NCBI GenBank assembly: GCA_963809045.1
Contig: CAWEHW010000001.1
Span: forward strand, 473,141-537,140
Direction: 5' to 3'
Source: an uncultured Chloroflexia bacterium
Lineage (GTDB): Bacteria > Chloroflexota > Limnocylindria > Limnocylindrales > CSP1-4
Length of the DNA: 64,000 nt
Notes under the pieces: generated by a model
The model's input: the letters and a program-made list of their open reading frames with translations, nothing else
Database searches by the model: none
What the model was told of the DNA's origin: nothing
Made by a program: the position numbers and the translations under genes
Shown here: piece by piece, positions 59,939-64,000 of the stretch
How the letters are laid out: every line of letters starts with the position of its first letter
How positions within the stretch are numbered: the first letter of the stretch is position 1

Positions 59939-61054
59939 ATGGCCACGACCGAACGAGACTTCTACGACGTTCTTGGCGTCGAACGCGGCGCGACCGACGC
60001 CGAGATCAAGCGCGCCTATCGCAAGCTCGCCCAGCAATGGCACCCGGACGTCAACGGCGACCCTGGCGCCCACGACCAATTCACCGAGATCAACGAGGCC
60101 TACCAGGTCCTCTCCGATCCGGATCGACGCGGCCGCTACGACATGTTCGGCAGGGCCGGACTGGGAGGCGCAGGGGCCAGCGGGTTCGAGGGGTTTGGCG
60201 GGTTCAACGACATCTTCGACGCGTTCTTCGGAGGCGCGGCCGGGGGTGGTTCGGCGCGTCGTGGTCGCCCGCAGCCCGGGTCCGACCTTCGGTACGACCT
60301 GCGGATCACGTTCGAGGAGGCGGTCAAGGGAACCCAAAAGGAGATCGACTTCTCCGTCCTGCAGCGCTGCGAGACGTGCACCGGCAGCGGTGCCGCGCCC
60401 GGAACCGAGGCGATCACGTGCACCCAATGCAACGGCCGCGGCGAGGTCCGGTCGGTCCGCCAGACAATGCTCGGGCAGATGGTCAACGTCAGCGCCTGTC
60501 CCCGCTGCCGGGGCGAAGGCAAGGTCGTCGAGCTGCCGTGCGACACGTGCAACGGCGACGGACGGACCGAGCGACGCCGGACCATCCAGGTGGCGGTGCC
60601 GGCGGGCATCGACGAAGGGCACCAGATCCGGCTGTCGAACGAGGGCGAGGTCGGGCCGCGTGGCGGCGCGGCCGGCAGCCTGTATGTCGCCGTCCACGTC
60701 CAGCCGCATCCCGTGCTGAAGCGCGAAGGGACCGAGCTGTTCTACGTCGCTCCCGTGTCGATCGCGCAGGCAGCACTCGGGACGCGGATCACGGTCCCGA
60801 CGGTCGACGGCGACGAAGAGGTCGAGATCAAGCCCGGGACCCAGCCCGAAACCGAGATCCGTCTGCGCGGAAAGGGCGTTCCGCACCTGCGACGGTCGGG
60901 GGCGCGAGGAGACCTGCACGTGCTGGTCGAGGTCGTCGTCCCGACCAAGCTCTCGAAGAAGGCCCGCGAGCTCCTCGCCGCCTACGCCGAGGAGTCCGGT
61001 GAAACGGTCGGGTCGGGCAGCGGCGGCCTCCGCGAGAAGCTCGGCCTGGGTTGA
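59939..61054 (+). CDS. dnaJ: molecular chaperone DnaJ
   Basis: J domain with HPD, G/F-rich region, four CxxCxGxG zinc repeats, C-terminal domains. 371 aa. Confidence 0.95.
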   Translation: MATTERDFYDVLGVERGATDAEIKRAYRKLAQQWHPDVNGDPGAHDQFTEINEAYQVLSDPDRRGRYDMFGRAGLGGAGASGFEGFGGFNDIFDAFFGGAAGGGSARRGRPQPGSDLRYDLRITFEEAVKGTQKEIDFSVLQRCETCTGSGAAPGTEAITCTQCNGRGEVRSVRQTMLGQMVNVSACPRCRGEGKVVELPCDTCNGDGRTERRRTIQVAVPAGIDEGHQIRLSNEGEVGPRGGAAGSLYVAVHVQPHPVLKREGTELFYVAPVSIAQAALGTRITVPTVDGDEEVEIKPGTQPETEIRLRGKGVPHLRRSGARGDLHVLVEVVVPTKLSKKARELLAAYAEESGETVGSGSGGLREKLGLG

Positions 61055-62004
61055 GCGACGCCAAGCCGGCCGACCGGGCGGGCGCGTGGCTGGAGCTCGC
61101 GGTCGAGGCTGACGTCGAAGCCGTCGAGGTCGTCAGCGAGATCCTCGGGCGGGTGGCCTCCGGAGGCACGTCGGTGGAACCTGGGTTCGATCTCGTGGAC
61201 GAGGGCCTTGGCGCTCGCATCGACCCGACGCGCCCCGCGATCGTTCGGGCCTATCTGCCGGCGCGAGACCGCGCAGCAGCGAACCGGGCCGCGGCCGACG
61301 TTTCGGAGGCGCTCGGACATCTCCAGGCATTTGGCCTTCGGCCGATCGGCGAGCTCCGGACGCGATGGGTCGACGAAGCTGACTGGGCCGAGGCCTGGAA
61401 AGCCCACTTCCCGGTCCTGCGGGTGGGTCGCCGGCTGGTGATCAGGCCAACCTGGCGCCGCCACCGACGCCAGCCCGACGATGTCGTCCTTGCCATGGAC
61501 CCCGGTATGGCGTTCGGGACCGGGCTCCACCCGACGACGAGACTCTGCCTGGCTGCCGTCGAAGGCCTGGCCGACCGAGGGCCCCTGACCGATGCCCGCG
61601 TCCTCGACGTCGGGTGCGGGTCAGGGGTCCTGGCCATCGCCGCGCTGAGGCTCGGCGCATCGGCGGCAATCGGCCTGGACACGGACCCGATCGCGATCGA
61701 GGCGACCATGGCCAACGCCCGACGGAACGGCCTCGCCCGTCGGATCAGCGCCCGACAGGGCAGCCTGCCAAGCGGCGAGCCGGGGTTCGATGTCGTGCTC
61801 GCGAACCTGATCGCCGGACTCCTCGTCGTCCTGGCCGCCGGACTGTTCGACGAGCTCCGAGCGGGTGGGATCCTCCTCGCGTCCGGGATCTTCGTCGATC
61901 GCGAACCCGACGTCGTCGCGGCCTTCGAGGCGGCGGGTCTCCGCGTCACGGGACGGCATGTCGAGGGCGACTGGGTGGCGCTCGAGGCGATCCGCAAGGC
62001 CTGA
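61051..62004 (+). CDS. prmA: ribosomal protein L11 methyltransferase PrmA
   Basis: PrmA N-terminal domain plus MTase core (VLDVGCGSGVLAIAA, DTDPIAIE). The dnaJ-prmA linkage is conserved in many genomes. Confidence 0.8.
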   Translation: MSDAKPADRAGAWLELAVEADVEAVEVVSEILGRVASGGTSVEPGFDLVDEGLGARIDPTRPAIVRAYLPARDRAAANRAAADVSEALGHLQAFGLRPIGELRTRWVDEADWAEAWKAHFPVLRVGRRLVIRPTWRRHRRQPDDVVLAMDPGMAFGTGLHPTTRLCLAAVEGLADRGPLTDARVLDVGCGSGVLAIAALRLGASAAIGLDTDPIAIEATMANARRNGLARRISARQGSLPSGEPGFDVVLANLIAGLLVVLAAGLFDELRAGGILLASGIFVDREPDVVAAFEAAGLRVTGRHVEGDWVALEAIRKA

Positions 62005-62030
62005 CCCCTCGACCGACCTACAATCGGTCG

Positions 62031-62489
62031 ATGGCGTCCTTCTTCCCGATCCTGCTCGGAACCCACATCGTCCTCGCGATCGGACTGTTCCTCCCGTCGA
62101 TCCTGCTGCCGTTTGCCCTGCGGGCACGGCGGGCGACGGTCGAGTCGGGGAGTCGCCTCGTGCGGGCCCTGCTCTGGGCGCAGTCGAACGGGACGATCGT
62201 CGTCGGCCTGGGACTCGCGGTGACTGGCGCCGGGATGGTGATCACGCTGGGGGCCGACATCCTGCGCCAGCCCTGGTTGATGGTGGCTCTGGCAATCTAC
62301 TTCTCGAACCTGGCCATCGCGTTCTTCATCCAGCGGCCCAGCCTGCGGCGCCTGGTTGGCATCCGCGCAAGCGCCGATGACAAGACGTGGGCAGAACGGG
62401 CGCGGCGGCAGCGGTACGTCTCGTACCTGATGGCCGGGCTGGTCGGCACCATCGGCTTCCTGATGAGCTCGAAGCCGGTGCTCTGGTGA
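62031..62489 (+). CDS. small membrane protein (DUF2269-like, 4 TM)
   Basis: Met chosen inside track ORF 61614..62489: MASFFPILLGTHIVLAIGLFLPSILLPFAL.... Family assignment is loose. Confidence 0.45.
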   Translation: MASFFPILLGTHIVLAIGLFLPSILLPFALRARRATVESGSRLVRALLWAQSNGTIVVGLGLAVTGAGMVITLGADILRQPWLMVALAIYFSNLAIAFFIQRPSLRRLVGIRASADDKTWAERARRQRYVSYLMAGLVGTIGFLMSSKPVLW

Positions 62490-62836
62490 CTGCTTCGGCC
62501 TGCCTCTTCTGCCGGATCGTCGCGGACGAGCTCCCATCGAGTCGCGTCCACGAAGACGATCTCGTGATCGCCTTCCGCGATATCGCGCCGCGGTCACCGA
62601 CCCACATCCTGCTCATCCCGCGACGCCACATCGCATCCGCGGCGGACCTGGTGGAAGCCGACGGCCCACTTCTTGGGCGACTGTTCGCCGTCGCTGCCGA
62701 CATCGCGCGCACGGAGGGGATCGCGGACGGCGGCTACCGGATGGTGTCGAACGTCGGGACGTGGGGCGGTCAGACGGTCGACCACCTTCATTTCCACCTG
62801 ATGGGCGGGCGCGCATTCGATTGGCCACCGGGGTGA
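62486..62836 (+). CDS. HIT-family (histidine triad) nucleotide hydrolase
   Basis: CLFCRIV...VDHLHFHLMGG (HxHxHxx). GTG start overlaps the previous stop. Confidence 0.8.
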   Translation: MTASACLFCRIVADELPSSRVHEDDLVIAFRDIAPRSPTHILLIPRRHIASAADLVEADGPLLGRLFAVAADIARTEGIADGGYRMVSNVGTWGGQTVDHLHFHLMGGRAFDWPPG

Positions 62837-63393
62837 GTGCGCTTCGACGATGGTCGATCGCGCGCCTCGGGATCGTGGGCCTCGGGATCGTCGTCGCAGG
62901 AGTTCTCGCCGCCTGCGCGACACCCGGAACGCCCGCCGCGACGTTCTTGCCGGCGTCCGTTGGGCCGAGCAGGACCGTCTCACCGGCCGTCAACCAGACC
63001 AGGGCGGAGCTCGTGCGCGTGCTGGGCGAACGCAACCTGATCCTGGCCGACACGCAAGCGCCCGTGCGACCGGCGGAGGCACCACTGCTCGCCGGCGCGC
63101 CGCGGGCGGTCTACCAGGTGACACTCCCGGCTGATCCGACGCGTGGCTTCATCGTGGTCTATGAGTTCAGCGACGCAGGCCGCGCGGCGGACGCGGCCGC
63201 GGAGGAGCAGCGCTATCTCGCGAGCGGTCCTGGCCGGGTCCAGACGCCCGAGGGAACCGTGCACGTCCTCCGCCAGGTCGGGTCCACGGTCGTGTTGTAC
63301 GACTGGCTGCCCGGAGCGGCCGAGGATCCGCGTGCTCCGGACGTCCAGGCCGCGCTGGAGACCCTTGGGGTCGCGTTCCCGATCGACAGCTGA
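62833..63393 (+). CDS. lipoprotein, function unknown
   Basis: GTG start overlaps the HIT stop. Signal peptide with lipobox (VLAACA). Confidence 0.45.
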   Translation: MSALRRWSIARLGIVGLGIVVAGVLAACATPGTPAATFLPASVGPSRTVSPAVNQTRAELVRVLGERNLILADTQAPVRPAEAPLLAGAPRAVYQVTLPADPTRGFIVVYEFSDAGRAADAAAEEQRYLASGPGRVQTPEGTVHVLRQVGSTVVLYDWLPGAAEDPRAPDVQAALETLGVAFPIDS

Positions 63394-63407
63394 AGGAGGG
63401 AGATCGG

Positions 63408-63845
63408 ATGGGCGAGATGGATTCCGCGGAGAATGCGTTCCTGGACGGCATCGACCACCCAACACGTCGACGGGACGCCGAGACCCTGCTGGGCATGATG
63501 AGCCGAGTCACCGGGGAGAAGCCGCAGATCTCGGGGGCCGCCGTCGGCTTCGGGACCTATCACTACAAGTACGCGAGTGGTCGTGAAGGCGACGCGCCGG
63601 CGGCCGCATTCGCGGCAAGGAAGCCGGCCATGACCATCTACCTGATGGACGGAGTCGGAGCCCATGCCGATCTTCTGGGGCGCCTGGGGCCACACACGAC
63701 GGGGGTCGGTTGCCTCTACGTCAAGGACCTCGCCGCCCTGGACCTTGCCGTGCTCGAGACGATCCTCGCGAGGTCCTACGCGACGTTGACCGCCGGGACA
63801 TACGGGTCGCGTGCCCGCGACGGGGGTCGTCCGTCGCGGGATTGA
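63408..63845 (+). CDS. DUF1801 (YdhG-like) domain protein
   Basis: Strong SD (GAAGGAGGGAG). MGEMDSAENAFLDGIDHPTRRRDAETLLGMMSRVTGE...AMTIYLM. Third DUF1801-like paralog. Confidence 0.6.
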   Translation: MGEMDSAENAFLDGIDHPTRRRDAETLLGMMSRVTGEKPQISGAAVGFGTYHYKYASGREGDAPAAAFAARKPAMTIYLMDGVGAHADLLGRLGPHTTGVGCLYVKDLAALDLAVLETILARSYATLTAGTYGSRARDGGRPSRD

Positions 63846-63860
63846 CCCGCCGCGGTCCGG

Positions 63861-64000
63861 CTATTCCGCCTCCTGAGCGGGGAGGTTGCCGGCCGGCTGG
63901 CTGCCCGCGATTGCCCAGGCACGGACGGGAGCGCGCTTGATCTTGAGCGTGTGGGTCCTGGGGAAGTCCTCGTCGGGCCAGAGTCGCCAGCCCTGGATCC
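63861..64000 (-). CDS. C-terminal fragment of a protein (possibly AMP-binding/acyl-CoA synthetase family); 5' end beyond the window
   Basis: Minus-strand frame reads ...LWPDEDFPRTHTLKIKRAPVRAWAIAGSQPAGNLPAQEAE* to a TAG stop. The KIKR-type C-terminus is suggestive only. Confidence 0.3.
   Translation of the reverse strand, partial: IQGWRLWPDEDFPRTHTLKIKRAPVRAWAIAGSQPAGNLPAQEAE

Overview
This 64-kb window is a high-GC (~70%) chromosomal segment that is almost entirely coding. It looks like a deep-branching actinobacterial or Chloroflexi-like genome; F420-type LLM oxidoreductases, GAAC-N4-GTTC SOS boxes and a CIRCE-regulated hrcA-grpE-dnaK locus all fit that. Housekeeping content that I recognise with confidence is leuS, two tRNA-Ala genes (GGC and CGC, both with the G3:U70 identity pair), gap-pgk-eno, rpsT, lepA, hemW, hrcA-grpE-dnaK, dnaJ-prmA, a HIT protein and two LLM oxidoreductases.

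The accessory or regulatory content is:
- an ECF sigma/anti-sigma pair;
- a LuxR-type response regulator beside a large membrane GGDEF-EAL protein;
- an OmpR-type two-component system divergent from an SOS mutasome cassette (imuA'-imuB, an 82-aa ORF, then dnaE2). Both the imuA' and dnaE2 promoter regions carry perfect TAGAAC-N4-GTTCTA LexA/Cheo boxes;
- two secreted lamin-tail-domain (LTD) proteins;
- three DUF1801 paralogs;
- a ~6.4-kb gene block inserted between dnaK and dnaJ. It holds an XRE-HTH/PD-(D/E)XK protein, a PPOX split-barrel gene next to a PPOX-UbiA prenyltransferase fusion, an ABC-2 exporter and a family-4 uracil-DNA glycosylase. A composite inverted-plus-direct repeat sits at its dnaK-side edge.

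The points most worth a second look are:
- dnaE2 is broken into two frames around a ~0.9-kb low-complexity, tandem-repeat-bearing insertion in the thumb region;
- the small W-rich ORF is translationally coupled to imuB;
- rpsT carries a histone-H1-like AK-rich tail;
- there are an unusual number of apparent frameshifts or missing start/stop codons (leuS, both LTD proteins, hemW start, EamA and imuA' stops). Because leuS is essential, I think assembly indel error is the most likely cause, so pseudogene calls should wait for read-level checking.

I see no CRISPR array, integrase or transposase. Coordinates that I worked out by hand may be off by a nucleotide or so; those taken from the ORF track are exact.
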